A stretch of DNA of 64,000 nt from Macrostomum hystrix (Eukaryota > Animalia > Platyhelminthes), in assembly GCA_950097015.1 (NCBI GenBank), contig CATNEN010000003.1:13330001-13394000 (forward strand). Reading direction: 5' to 3'. Position 1 is the first letter of the stretch; each line of letters opens with the position of its first letter. The notes beneath the pieces were generated by a model that did no database searches, was not told the origin of the DNA, and saw only the letters and a program-made list of their open reading frames with translations. Positions 62,522-64,000 of this stretch are shown in pieces. Position numbers and translations under genes: made by a program.

Positions 62522-64000
62522 CATTACATGAACACTTTTAAGTGCCTTCTTTTAAACTCGTCTCGATTTTTTTTCTTATTTGAGCCTTGCGGCCTTGCGA
62601 TTTGAGGTGAGGGCTATGTAATATTTTACTGGAATCGCCTAAAACGAAGTTCTAACTTCGGTCGTACATTTTCTTCTTCATCAAAACTTTCTTCACCCGA
62701 GCAAAAAACCTGTGCAGATGCGACTGTGAGGAAGAGTCGACAATTTAGATGATACCCAGCTGCACATGCACATGACGATCGACATCCTCATTCGACAGCA
62801 GGACTACTGCAAAGGTAAATCAACAGCTGCACAAGGAACGGGTTGGAAAATTACCAGCATAAAACTCAAAGCAAACAGAAGCTATTAAAACCCGTATTGT
62901 TTACCGAAAAAAGAAGATACACTTCCAAGTCAGAGTCTCCAGATATGTTTCTCAAAAAATGTTCTTAAAGATTCCATACTCTGGGTGTTTTCTTCGAGTG
63001 CTCTCAAGATCTGCCATCATTTGAAATGTGACACAGAGCCTAAAAAATTATTTCTAGACGTCTTTATAGTGAAGTCTTAAAAGCTACGAACCAAAAGTTT
63101 TAGTAACCAATTTAAAACATTAAACTCTGCACTATAAATGTTTGAAGTCTTGAACTCTGCACCTGATTGAAAAAAATATACTTGTTTGCTGCCGAATTTT
63201 GGAAATGCTCGACATTTTCTTCTACCTATAAAATGTCCAGTCGGTTGAAAGATCGGCTGCAAAATATTTTGCTACAAATTAGAGAATTAATTGCTAGGAA
63301 TTAGGTCGGCAAATATTCCGACGTCGATGGAAATTGGAACTTTCAAATTATCTATAGACATTTGCATGTGTTTCCTCAGTCGACGTTCGTAATTAACAGT
63401 TTGTTCTTTAGCTTTAGGCAGACATTCTTTTAAATAAATAGTGTGTACTTTATTGATCGCCCTGGAATAAGGTTCTGAAGTGATAGTCATGGGATTAAAT
63501 CCTTGGATTTAGCAGTAATAAAATTGGCGTCTCAAGGACCTCTTCGTATACTAGATGAAGTAGAAATTCACAACAGGCTAGGGACAACTCATTTTTTGAG
63601 AGAATTTCACTTTTTCTCAACAGTAGTACATGATATTTGTTGTACTAAGGACCCATAAGGAAGCAGTGCAGGTACATACAAGACATGCTGAAAAAGGAAC
63701 GTACGACCCGCTCTGTTATTGAACATTTTTTCCCGCATATTTAGGCGATCATTCTCAGCTTCCTAAATTGTTAGACAAAAGCGTTGTATTTCCAACTGTA
63801 TGGATTAAAAAGTATAAATGCCGTCAGGTGGGCCAATGACAGTCTTGCTTGCCCGTTCATCACTAGTCAGGTATTCCTGCATGTGCCCAATCGACGCGCA
63901 GCGTTTACGAAAATAAATTATTAAGCGTGTGCAAATCAGCTTGCTTCTGCAATTCCATTCCAATTGTCCCAGCTATAGCTTCTGGCTTTGAGAAAAGCTT

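Noticed and set aside
63050-64000. Possible decayed coding sequence on the minus strand
   Set aside because: Only short ORFs with no identifiable domain, truncated by the window edge.

Overview
Eukaryotic genomic DNA: spliceosomal GT-AG introns, AT-rich intergenic DNA and a very dense patchwork of unrelated minisatellites. It is most consistent with a macrostomid flatworm (Macrostomum-like). That assignment is an inference from the repeat landscape and a recalled spliced-leader-like match at about 1.63 kb. Six host genes could be assembled by hand with phase-consistent splice sites: a GPI-anchored Ly6/quiver-like three-finger protein (-), an SLC35F3/F4-like transporter (-), an intronless TMEM86/YhhN lysoplasmalogenase (+), CCDC191 (-), DAP1 (-) and an equilibrative nucleoside transporter SLC29A/ENT (-). 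The right end is a nest of transposons: a composite non-autonomous Helitron with a frameshifted PIF1-helicase fragment, hAT- and EnSpm-type MITEs with target-site duplications, solo-LTR-like repeats and tRNA-derived SINE heads. All very long ORFs in the ORF track (900-1200 aa) are artefacts of tandem repeats. The most noteworthy observations are a genomic spliced-leader-like copy antisense to a 3' UTR, a 5.2-kb foldback of inverted minisatellite arms inside an intron, minisatellites built from AP-1 and Pol III B-box motifs, and a possible trans-spliced operon arrangement.
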